Assembly: GCA_963803805.1 (NCBI GenBank)
Contig: CAWDOD010000003.1
Location: 128,001 to 192,000 of the forward strand
Length of the DNA stretch: 64,000 nt
Origin: an uncultured cyanobacterium
GTDB taxonomy: Bacteria > Cyanobacteriota > Cyanobacteriia > Cyanobacteriales > CAWCAG01
Direction of reading: 5' to 3'
In this document: positions 21,605 through 30,513 of the stretch, piece after piece
Position numbering within the stretch: position 1 is the stretch's first letter
Layout of the letters: every line of letters begins with the position of its first letter
Notes under the pieces: generated by a model
What the model was told of the DNA's origin: nothing
Databases searched by the model: none
The model's input: only the letters and a program-made list of their open reading frames with translations
Program-made: the position numbers and the translations under genes

Positions 21605-22076
21605 TGGAGGTTCAGTGGCAGGAGGTTCTGTCGAAAGGCGCTTCCCCTTAACAACCGTAGGAGCGCTCGTTACAAGCCCTCAAGGAAGAGTTTTAATAAT
21701 TAAAACCCATAAGTGGCGAGGTACTTGGGGAGTTCCAGGGGGAAAGGTTGATTGGGGTGAAGATTTAGAAACTGCTCTATTGCGTGAGTTTCAAGAAGAG
21801 GTGGGATTGGAGTTAACGGAGGTTCGTTTTGCTTTATTGCAAGAAGCCGTTATTGATCCTCAGTTTTACCAAGAAGCCCATTTTATTTTACTTAATTACT
21901 ATGCCCTGAGCAAGAGCGAAACGGTAATTCCCAATGAGGAGATTGCTGAATGGGTTTGGGTTACGCCTCAACAAGCTTTAGATTTTTCTCTTAATAGTTA
22001 TACTCGCATTCTCATTGAGGATTATCTTCGGGTTCAAGGAGGAATATCTCCAGTTTATAACTATAGTTATTCTTGA
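21588..22076 (+). CDS. NUDIX hydrolase
   Basis: Nudix box GGKVDWGEDLETALLREFQEEVGL. Confidence 0.9.
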   Translation: MQPIANGGSVAGGSVERRFPLTTVGALVTSPQGRVLIIKTHKWRGTWGVPGGKVDWGEDLETALLREFQEEVGLELTEVRFALLQEAVIDPQFYQEAHFILLNYYALSKSETVIPNEEIAEWVWVTPQQALDFSLNSYTRILIEDYLRVQGGISPVYNYSYS

Positions 22077-22136
22077 TAGATTGACTAGTAGGAGTAATGA
22101 GTAATGAGTAAATTTTGGATTTAGTAATCATTCTTA

Positions 22137-22862
22137 ATGGCGAAACTGAAAAAAGCACTAATAACAGGATCTTCTCAAGGTATTGGTAAGGCGATCGCCT
22201 TAGATCTTGCTAGTAAGGGTTTTGATGTGGCTATTCATTACCTAAATAGTGAAAAGGATGCTGTCAAAACTTGTCAAGAAGCTATGGATTTGGGGGTAAA
22301 GGCGATTACTCTTCAAGGAGATGTCACTAAACCGCAGGAAGTAGAAAAGATTATAGAACAAGCGGTTGAGGGTTTAGGTGGACTATCGGTGGTGGTCAAT
22401 AATGTCGGAAATTATCTCGAAAAAATCACCAGCGAAGTATCTATAGATGAGTGGCATAGCATTATTGATTCTAACCTCCATGCTACTTTTTATGTTACCC
22501 AAATGGCTTTACCCCATTTAAAAAAGGCAGGCTGGGGAAGGATTATTAATCTCGGTTTTGCTAGCGCCCATAATATCTTGGCACGGAAAAATATCACTCC
22601 TTACGTGATTGCTAAAACAGGCATAATTATTTATACCAAATCCATCGCTAAAGAAGTGGTGAAGGATAATATTACGGCTAATGTGGTGTCTCCTGGGGTG
22701 GTAGAAAATTCCGTAGATTTAGATGATTTTATTCCTCAATTACCTGCTAAGCGTCCAGCCAGTTTTGAGGAATTTACTAATGCTGTTTGGTTTTTTGTTA
22801 ACCCCCATGCAGATTACATAACCGGACAAGTATTAGAGGTTGCAGGAGGTTGGAATCTTTAG
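22137..22862 (+). CDS. SDR oxidoreductase, pteridine/dihydrofolate reductase-like (TmpR/FolM type)
   Basis: TGSSQGIG, VAIHY, VNNVGNY and YVIAK (YxxxK). Confidence 0.75.
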   Translation: MAKLKKALITGSSQGIGKAIALDLASKGFDVAIHYLNSEKDAVKTCQEAMDLGVKAITLQGDVTKPQEVEKIIEQAVEGLGGLSVVVNNVGNYLEKITSEVSIDEWHSIIDSNLHATFYVTQMALPHLKKAGWGRIINLGFASAHNILARKNITPYVIAKTGIIIYTKSIAKEVVKDNITANVVSPGVVENSVDLDDFIPQLPAKRPASFEEFTNAVWFFVNPHADYITGQVLEVAGGWNL

Positions 22863-22923
22863 AATTGCTAATAGCTAATAGTCTGAAATAAGCTGTAACT
22901 TTTAACGATCAACTATTCTCTTA

Positions 22924-23123
<200 letters not shown>

Positions 23124-23136
23124 TCTTAGTTGATAA

Positions 23137-23457
23137 TTAACAACAAGATTTTGCTGGTAACATAACAGCAACACGGCGATAATCGGCTAAATACTGTTCT
23201 AAAGCGACTAACTGAGGGAGATTAAGACTATAGTAAATCCATCTTCCTTCTTGGCGAGGGCGAACTAAAGCTGCTTCTTTGAGAGTTTTAAGGTGGAAAG
23301 AAAGTTTAGACTGGGAAATATCCATAATTTCGCACAACTCACAAACACAAAGTTCCCTTTCTCTTAATAGTTCTAAGACTTTAATTCTGATTGGTTCTGA
23401 AAGGGCATGGAATCCAGAAGTAATTGAATCGGACTGTTTTGTGGTTGTTGCAGTCAT
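23137..23457 (-). CDS. ArsR/SmtB family transcriptional repressor
   Basis: FHALSEPIRIKVL, ELCVCEL metal box, SQSKLSFHLKTL; C-terminal CC. Confidence 0.92.
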   Translation of the reverse strand: MTATTTKQSDSITSGFHALSEPIRIKVLELLRERELCVCELCEIMDISQSKLSFHLKTLKEAALVRPRQEGRWIYYSLNLPQLVALEQYLADYRRVAVMLPAKSCC

Positions 23458-23514
23458 ATCAAATTTGTTTGAACAGTTTTTACTCTTTTTAGCTCTTACC
23501 TTATAGTATTTGAC

Positions 23515-24249
23515 CTAAAAAACATGAATTCCGCTGCCCATTTGATAACCTCCCTGCCAAAAATCAGTACCTTCATTTTCTTCAGGCTTAACTTTTATGG
23601 TTAAGGGTTTGTCGCTGATATCAGAATAGCCTTGATCATGGAGGGGATTGTAAATTAAATCAAACTCGTAAGCATAAGCCCAACTTTCTGCCCTTGTCCA
23701 ATTTGCCAAGGGATTAATTTTTAGTCTTCCTTGACTATCAAGTTCTAAAATCGGCATCTTCGGTTCTTCTCCTACTTGGTTACGACGACGGCTAGTAATC
23801 CAAGCTTGGGTGTTTAGTTCTTGAAGGGCTTGTTGTAAAGGTCTAACCCTAGTTAAGCACAGGAACTTATCCAGATCCCTTTCCCAAAGATTTTCCCCAT
23901 ACTTAGCTGCAAACTTAGCAGCAGAATCTACTCCTGGAATCTTATAAACTTGCAAGTTTAACCCATAGAATGACTTGGCTTTTTCAAGTAGTTGTAGAGT
24001 TTCTCTAAAGTGGTGCAAAGTATCTACAAATACCACAGGCACAGAAGTTTGTGGGCGCAAATAACGATAAAAAAGATCGCTAATTACTAGATCATCTATA
24101 TTAAAGCCACTTGCTTGCACCAGTCCGGTGGGAAAAACACTAGTAGACCACGACAAAATTTCTCTTGGATGTAGGTGTTCAAACTTACTATTTAATCTTT
24201 CTAAATCTAGGTCAGAAATTCTCACTGGCAGAGGTGCGATTTGAGTCAT
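23515..24249 (-). CDS. PAPS reductase (CysH) family protein, catalytically degenerate
   Basis: FVDTLHHFRETL, KINPLANW and YNPLHDQGY are present, but the C-terminus reads GSGIH instead of ECG(L/I)H. Confidence 0.8.
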   Translation of the reverse strand: MTQIAPLPVRISDLDLERLNSKFEHLHPREILSWSTSVFPTGLVQASGFNIDDLVISDLFYRYLRPQTSVPVVFVDTLHHFRETLQLLEKAKSFYGLNLQVYKIPGVDSAAKFAAKYGENLWERDLDKFLCLTRVRPLQQALQELNTQAWITSRRRNQVGEEPKMPILELDSQGRLKINPLANWTRAESWAYAYEFDLIYNPLHDQGYSDISDKPLTIKVKPEENEGTDFWQGGYQMGSGIHVF

Positions 24250-24489
24250 ATTACTTACCCTGAGATGGAATTGCATTATTTCGACTTTGTAAATTTTAAC
24301 TTATTCAAGACCCATATTTCCTAGGGAAAACCGTAATTAAATTATAAATTTATGAACAACTAATGATGAATTATTAAGCTACGGTATTTTTAGGGCCATG
24401 ATGTCTACTCTAGAAGTCTCAAGGAACTACGAAGGAGAACTAAGGTTGTGTCAGAATGAGGACTTGTTATCAAGTTCCCTTTTATTTAC

Positions 24490-24747
24490 ATGGAATTAAT
24501 TTTATATAGTAAGCCGGGATGTCATCTTTGTGAGGGACTACAAGAAAAGCTAGAACAGATCGATGATGTAAGCTTTGAATTAGAAGTACGGGATATAACT
24601 AGTCGCCCAGAATGGTTCGCCGCTTATCAATATGAAGTACCGGTTTTGTGTCGTTTGCACTCAGGTAAAGAACAGATGTTACCTCGCCTTTCTCCTCGTT
24701 CTTCTGTTAAGCAAGTGAAACAGATGTTACAGAAATTTCTAAGCTAA
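24490..24747 (+). CDS. Glutaredoxin-like protein (DUF836)
   Basis: LYSKPGCHLCEGL...YQYEVPVL. Confidence 0.88.
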   Translation: MELILYSKPGCHLCEGLQEKLEQIDDVSFELEVRDITSRPEWFAAYQYEVPVLCRLHSGKEQMLPRLSPRSSVKQVKQMLQKFLS

Positions 24748-24794
24748 TCTTGATCAAATATAAATAAAATTCTTTGGAGTGAGGATTTAAGGAT

Positions 24795-26282
24795 ATGAAA
24801 TTGAGGGAGTTGTTAGGTAAGATTTCTGGGGCTGTTGAAATAGCCACAAATTGTCACCAAGATGTTGAAATTAAAGGACTTGCCACTAATTCCCACGCTT
24901 GCCAACCGGGAGATCTATTTATTGGGATGCCAGGGACAAGGGTAGATGGAGGAGAATTTTGGCCAAGTGCCATGGCAACGGGGGCTGTTGCCGCTTTGAT
25001 CAGTCCCCAAGCTGCCCAGAAGAAACCTCCTGGTAGAGAAGATTGTGTAGTAGTAGCAGAGGATTTAATTGCGGCTTGTGCTTCTGTCGCAGCGTGCTTT
25101 TATGATTATCCTAGCCAAAAATTAAAAATGGTGGGCATAACAGGAACTAATGGTAAAACTACTACTACCCATTTAATTGAGTTTCTGCTTAATCAAGTAG
25201 AGTTACCCACAGCTTTACTAGGAACTCTTTATTCTCGTTGGCCAGGTTTTTCTCAAACTGCTACCCATACAACCCCTTTCGCAGTAGAGTTACAAAGGCA
25301 ATTAGCCCAGGCAGTGCAAGCAGGTAGTGAGTATGGGGTAACTGAAGTTAGTTCCCATGCTTTATCCCAAGGAAGGGTAAAAGAATGTCGCTTTGAGGTG
25401 GCAGTTTTCACGAATTTGACCCAAGATCATCTCGATTATCATGAGAATATGGAGGATTATTTTGAGGCGAAGGCTTTATTATTTAGCCGGGAATATCTTC
25501 AAAGTAAGGCGATTATTAACCTCGATGATCCTTACGGTAAGCGTTTAATCGAACGGGTTGGTAAAGAAAAAGTTTGGAGTTATAGCATTGCTAACCCTGA
25601 AGCAGATTTATACACGAGCAACTTAACTTATGAATCTAATGGTGTAAAAGGAACTTTACATACTCCCCAAGGTGAGATTGCTTTTACTTCCCCTTTAGTG
25701 GGTCAATTCAACCTCGCTAATCTCCTCGCTGCGGTGGGAACCCTCCTTCACTTAGATTTAGCTTTGGACAAGATTGTCCCTGCTTTACCAAACTTTCCTG
25801 GAGTACCTGGGCGCATGGAAAGGGTACAAATCAACCCGGATCAAGATATTAGTGTCATTGTTGATTATGCCCATACCCCCGATAGTTTGGAAAACCTCAT
25901 CAAAGCAGCAAAACCTTTTATTAGCGGTCAAGTAATCTGTGTTTTTGGTTGCGGAGGCGATCGCGACAGAACTAAACGCCCATTAATGGGTAAAATTGCA
26001 GCTTCGTTAGCAGATGTAGCGGTGGTGACATCTGATAATCCCCGAACAGAAGACCCTGAAAGGATTTTAGAAGATGTCTTAGGGGGCATTTCCCCAACAA
26101 AAGAACCAATAGTAATCAGCGATCGCGCCACTGCTATTCACCAGGCAATTAAGGAAGCTAAACCCGGAGATGGAGTTCTAATTGCTGGAAAAGGTCACGA
26201 AGATTATCAAATTTTGGGGACGGAGAAGATTCATTTTGATGATAGAGAACAAGCTAGGGAAGCCCTACAAAAAAGGGTTTAA
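24795..26282 (+). CDS. murE: UDP-MurNAc-tripeptide synthetase (meso-DAP ligase)
   Basis: GITGTNGKTT, EVSSH, NLTQDHLDYH, DYAHTPD, DNPR, AGKGHE. Confidence 0.97.
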   Translation: MKLRELLGKISGAVEIATNCHQDVEIKGLATNSHACQPGDLFIGMPGTRVDGGEFWPSAMATGAVAALISPQAAQKKPPGREDCVVVAEDLIAACASVAACFYDYPSQKLKMVGITGTNGKTTTTHLIEFLLNQVELPTALLGTLYSRWPGFSQTATHTTPFAVELQRQLAQAVQAGSEYGVTEVSSHALSQGRVKECRFEVAVFTNLTQDHLDYHENMEDYFEAKALLFSREYLQSKAIINLDDPYGKRLIERVGKEKVWSYSIANPEADLYTSNLTYESNGVKGTLHTPQGEIAFTSPLVGQFNLANLLAAVGTLLHLDLALDKIVPALPNFPGVPGRMERVQINPDQDISVIVDYAHTPDSLENLIKAAKPFISGQVICVFGCGGDRDRTKRPLMGKIAASLADVAVVTSDNPRTEDPERILEDVLGGISPTKEPIVISDRATAIHQAIKEAKPGDGVLIAGKGHEDYQILGTEKIHFDDREQAREALQKRV

Positions 26283-26323
26283 AATTGTTAGGGGAAGGGG
26301 AAAAATTGCTAGTTGATAACTGA

Positions 26324-27046
26324 TTATTGATTATTGATTATTGCCTTAAAAGCAAACTGAGGCAATACCAACATTCTACGCCAACGCCAGGGTTCTTTAT
26401 ACAAACGATATAACCATTCCAAATTATTATTCCGTAACCACCCAGGCGCTCTTAATTTCACCCCTGCCCAAATATCAAAACTACCCCCTACACCAATCCA
26501 AGTAGCTTGGGGACAAAGATGGCGATTTTCTCTAATCCAAACTTCTTGACGAGGCACTCCTAAACCAACCAAAATAATCTTCGGTTGCAATTGTTGTAAA
26601 GTTTGTTGCCATTGCTGTTGTTCCTCTGAGGAAAGAAAACCGTGATTTGTGGTAATAGAAATACCAGGAACCTTTTGCCGCCAAATTTGAGCTGCTTTTT
26701 CTGTAATTCCTGGCGCACCGCCATAGAAAACAATCGGACAAGCTTCTCCTTTTTGCCCCATTTGTGTTATCAATGATTGAGCTAGTTCGATGCCGGGACA
26801 ACGTTTTTGTTGAGGACTTTTCCCCCGTAAGCGTAAATAAAGCACTACCCCAGCCCCATCAGGAATAACCAAATCCGCAGCGTGAATAATCTCTCCTAAA
26901 GGTTGATCTTTTTCCGCTTCCATGACCATTTCTGCATTAAGGGTTACGACATGATTGCCTTTATTTTCTGCTATACGCGATGCCAACCAGCCAACATAAT
27001 CGTTACTGAGATGGATTGGTATTCCTAATACTGAAGATTTTTGCAT
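26324..27046 (-). CDS. WecB/TagA/CpsF family glycosyltransferase
   Basis: VTLNAE, PDGAG, LGVPRQE, GVGGSFD and LEWLYRL; start trimmed to MQKSS because the upstream extension is an aataggg repeat. Confidence 0.9.
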   Translation of the reverse strand: MQKSSVLGIPIHLSNDYVGWLASRIAENKGNHVVTLNAEMVMEAEKDQPLGEIIHAADLVIPDGAGVVLYLRLRGKSPQQKRCPGIELAQSLITQMGQKGEACPIVFYGGAPGITEKAAQIWRQKVPGISITTNHGFLSSEEQQQWQQTLQQLQPKIILVGLGVPRQEVWIRENRHLCPQATWIGVGGSFDIWAGVKLRAPGWLRNNNLEWLYRLYKEPWRWRRMLVLPQFAFKAIINNQ

Positions 27047-27059
27047 TGGTTTATAACAG

Positions 27060-27085
27060 AAATAGGGAATAGGGAATAGGGAATA
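27060..27085. repeat. STRR heptamer tract (aataggg)
   Basis: aaatagggaatagggaatagggaatag. Confidence 0.75.
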
Positions 27086-27131
27086 GTGATCAAATTTTAT
27101 CCCTGTCAGCAACTAGCTATTAGCAAAATTA

Positions 27132-29144
27132 TCAAAGTTTGGGTAAAACTTCTGGTAATAGATAACCTGGTAATAAACCAAGAGCCATATTTTGACCAGA
27201 GATACCACATTCTCGATAACAAGCTCTGATTGTATTGATGATATAGTTAAAAGTATTTTTATAAACAACTTCTTCCTCTGGATGCACTTGTGCTAAAACC
27301 TGCAAATGTGCTTCAAGGGAAGCTTTGAGATAATTAGACTTAACCCCAGATTCTAAATCAAACTGCTGTTCTGTGGCTAGTTGATAATTAAGCAAACCTA
27401 AATTGTTGTAGGTACTTAAAAGATCAAAACTTATAGGGGCAGGATTGTTACTTTTGCTTAACTGTTCGCTAATCTTAATAGCATGAGTAAAAGCAACTAT
27501 TGCTTTTTGTAAGTAAGCCTGTTTTTGTCTTAAATTCTGGGGAAACTTGAGGCTAAGATGCCAATAAGCTGTACCCAAGTTATTTTGAGTTGCAGCACAG
27601 GCAACTGGATGAACTTCTGAGGTACGATACTGGAGGGCATATTCATAGGCTTCAATGGCTAAATGCAACCAGTTACCATCCTCTTGATGTTGAGATAAAT
27701 TCCAGTAAGCCGTACCTAAATTATTTTGCATCATTGCCCAATGTAAGGGGGCTGTTTCAGGATTATATTGGGCTAAAGCTTCTTCATAGGCAGCGATGGC
27801 AAGCTTTAAGTTGTCTTGAGGTTCCTGGTGTTGGGCAAGATGCCAATAAGCTGTACCTAAATTATTTTGGCTAGAAGCGTATTGTTCCCCGTCAAGTTCT
27901 GGAGTACGATATTTCAAAGCGGCTTCGTAGGCAGCGATCGCATTGATAAGATTTTCTGCGGTATCAACGTAGCGGGCTAAATGGTTATAAGCTGTCCCCA
28001 GATTATTTTGAATCATGGAGTAAACTTGAGTTTGAGTAGGAGCAATTTCTACTTTATTTGAAGCGAGATGATAGGACTTAATCGCCTCTAGTAAGTAAGC
28101 TAAAAGTTGCTCAGTTGAGGCAGCTTGCCCAGAAAGCAGCCAATAAAAATTACCTAAATCATTAAGAACCTCTGGGGCATTAGGATCACTGCTATCACTA
28201 CTTTGATACCATTTATAATAAGCTTGTATAGCGATAGTTAGATTTTCTTTAGAAGCATCTCCATTAGCAATGCGATCGCGGTAACGATGACCGATACGTA
28301 AATAAATTTGAGCCGCTAATTCTGGAGAGTCAGCATTACGATTCAACTTTTCTATATCTTGCCAACTATAAAGCTGCAATTCCTGAGTCGAAGATTTTTC
28401 TTCTTCTTCTTCTTCTTTTTCAGGAATATTATCATCAAAAATTATTATCGACTCATCTTTCTTTTGTTCTTTTACTTCACCATTAAGCAACTCTTCTGAA
28501 CTATCTAAGGCTTCATCCAAGGAAAAATCCCCTTGCCCGTTGGGGTTAGAATCTGCCCACAAAAAAAGAGAATCTTCTTGGGGAATGGGGGTAGGTTCTC
28601 CTTGAAACAAAAATACTCCGGTACACCAGCGCCAAAATTCCGGTGCAGATTGTTGAACAACATTTAACCAAGGCTGGGGCAACCATAATAATAAGTTTGA
28701 TTTTAGTCTTGGTAAATAGGGTTCTAAGCTTTGGAGGTGACGCAAAAAGCTTCGTTGAACTGTTGTAGATTGCCGAGTGAGACGTTCAATACCAACAATT
28801 TGAAAACTAGGTAAAGAGTTAATTGGAGTGGGGGCAGGGTTTTGTCTTACCCACTGGGCAATCTGGGCAAGGAGGTTAGGATTATTGACATCAAAGTTGA
28901 GACTAACCAAGCGAGGATAATTAGCCTCTGGGCTTTCTGTTGTGGGATCTTCTTTTAAATCACGATTCAGTTGCCCAACTAAGCGATCACGCAGACTAAA
29001 ATCATCGCATACTGCCACAAAAATTTGGCGATGCAAATTAAGATTGAGTGCCAGTTTCAGGCGCTGATAGACTTGCTGATTATGACTCAAAACTTGGGGA
29101 ATAGCAGTATCAATCGCAGAGTTCATTTCTTCAATAAAAGACAT
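27132..29144 (-). CDS. Tetratricopeptide repeat protein with an uncharacterised N-terminal domain
   Basis: Repeated QNNLGTAYW...AI.AYE.AL long TPR units; N-terminal SAPEFWRW domain. Confidence 0.85.
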   Translation of the reverse strand: MSFIEEMNSAIDTAIPQVLSHNQQVYQRLKLALNLNLHRQIFVAVCDDFSLRDRLVGQLNRDLKEDPTTESPEANYPRLVSLNFDVNNPNLLAQIAQWVRQNPAPTPINSLPSFQIVGIERLTRQSTTVQRSFLRHLQSLEPYLPRLKSNLLLWLPQPWLNVVQQSAPEFWRWCTGVFLFQGEPTPIPQEDSLFLWADSNPNGQGDFSLDEALDSSEELLNGEVKEQKKDESIIIFDDNIPEKEEEEEEKSSTQELQLYSWQDIEKLNRNADSPELAAQIYLRIGHRYRDRIANGDASKENLTIAIQAYYKWYQSSDSSDPNAPEVLNDLGNFYWLLSGQAASTEQLLAYLLEAIKSYHLASNKVEIAPTQTQVYSMIQNNLGTAYNHLARYVDTAENLINAIAAYEAALKYRTPELDGEQYASSQNNLGTAYWHLAQHQEPQDNLKLAIAAYEEALAQYNPETAPLHWAMMQNNLGTAYWNLSQHQEDGNWLHLAIEAYEYALQYRTSEVHPVACAATQNNLGTAYWHLSLKFPQNLRQKQAYLQKAIVAFTHAIKISEQLSKSNNPAPISFDLLSTYNNLGLLNYQLATEQQFDLESGVKSNYLKASLEAHLQVLAQVHPEEEVVYKNTFNYIINTIRACYRECGISGQNMALGLLPGYLLPEVLPKL

Positions 29145-29261
29145 ATTCCCTTGTTCTTAGTCTAGCAACTTCCTTCAGGATTATTATGGGTTGATAAATT
29201 GCTAGTCGCTAGTTGCTAATCGCTAAAATCTTTTTCTTTAAGTGTGTAAATTCTAATTTTT

Positions 29262-30353
29262 CTAAGCAATAGGTAAAGAAAAACGAAATGTACTACCTTG
29301 ATCTAACTCACTTTCTACCTCAATTTCCCCCCCTTGTAACTCTACTAAATGACGGGCGATCGCGAGGCCAATTCCTGTACCTCCTGAATGACGCGATCGC
29401 GAACTATCTGCCCTCCAGAAGCGTTCAAAAACATGACTGAGGTTTTCTGGGGCAATTCCTGATCCTGTATCTATTACAGCTATCCAAACATAACTATTTT
29501 CTGCCCAAGTCCGAATGGTGATGGAGCCTTTTTCGGTATAAAGTAAGGCATTACCAAGCAAATTAACTAAAACCTGCTCAGTGCGGTCAACATCTGCTAT
29601 AACTGGTGGTAAGTTAGGGGGACAATCTAATTGTAAAACTGGCCCTTCTTCCCAGAGTTGATCGGTGAATCTCTCTACTAAGGACTTTAGTAAAGGGAAT
29701 AGAGGTAAGGGTTTGAGGTTGATTGGTAAATAGCCGGCTTCCGCTTTAGATAGTTCCTGCAAGTCATTAACTAGCCTCTCTAGACGCTTTGTTTCTCGTA
29801 CCAGACGCAGATATATTTCTGGGGATGATTCAATGCGGCCATCGGCTAATTCTTCTAAGTAACCCCGTACCACCGTTAAAGGAGTACGCAATTCATGGGT
29901 CATATCCCCAATTAACTCCCGCCTCTGTTGTTCGACTCCTTCTAAGTTGTTAGCCATGCGGTTGAAGCTTTTACCGAGTTGGTTCAACTCCGGAATTTCT
30001 ATGTCTGGCATTCTTTCTTGTAAGTTACCTGCGGCTAGTTTCTGGGTTACTTCTTCCATTTCTTTTAGGGGTTGCATGATGCGCTGAGAAATCCAGTAAC
30101 TGAGTCCCCCGGCTGCGGTTGCCCCAACAATAGCGGGTAAGATGATACTACGATTCCAGGCTGCTTGAAAACCCCGAATTAGGAAGGTACGGGAGGAACG
30201 AACTGTTACAAAACCTCTTCTTTCTAGCTGTTCAAGTTGTAAGATAAATGTTTTGGGGGAAGCGAATTTAGAAACTAAGGTAAGACTACCTAAGCCTACA
30301 ACAATAACTAGTAGGTGGGACAAGAATAAGCGTTTACCTAAACCTAATGACAT
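29262..30353 (-). CDS. HAMP-domain sensor histidine kinase (BaeS-like)
   Basis: Two TM helices, HAMP, HELRTPL, NLLGNA, DTGSGI, GGTGIGL. Confidence 0.92.
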   Translation of the reverse strand: MSLGLGKRLFLSHLLVIVVGLGSLTLVSKFASPKTFILQLEQLERRGFVTVRSSRTFLIRGFQAAWNRSIILPAIVGATAAGGLSYWISQRIMQPLKEMEEVTQKLAAGNLQERMPDIEIPELNQLGKSFNRMANNLEGVEQQRRELIGDMTHELRTPLTVVRGYLEELADGRIESSPEIYLRLVRETKRLERLVNDLQELSKAEAGYLPINLKPLPLFPLLKSLVERFTDQLWEEGPVLQLDCPPNLPPVIADVDRTEQVLVNLLGNALLYTEKGSITIRTWAENSYVWIAVIDTGSGIAPENLSHVFERFWRADSSRSRHSGGTGIGLAIARHLVELQGGEIEVESELDQGSTFRFSLPIA

Positions 30354-30513
30354 TAATTATTTGTACTCAGTGGTAAATTGAACTAACCGACTAATAAGGT
30401 AAACTATTGAGTTCTTCTTTGTAGAAGTTCCAATTAGGCATAAATTTACTCATGTAAGCTTTAAACGGATCGCCATGATTGCGTTTGACCCCACGCTGAT
30501 AACTGATAACTGT

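Noticed and set aside
24311-24335. Possible sulfur-regulon operator upstream of the cysH paralog (cccatatttcctagggaaaaccgta)
   Set aside because: Single occurrence with no consensus I can support from this window
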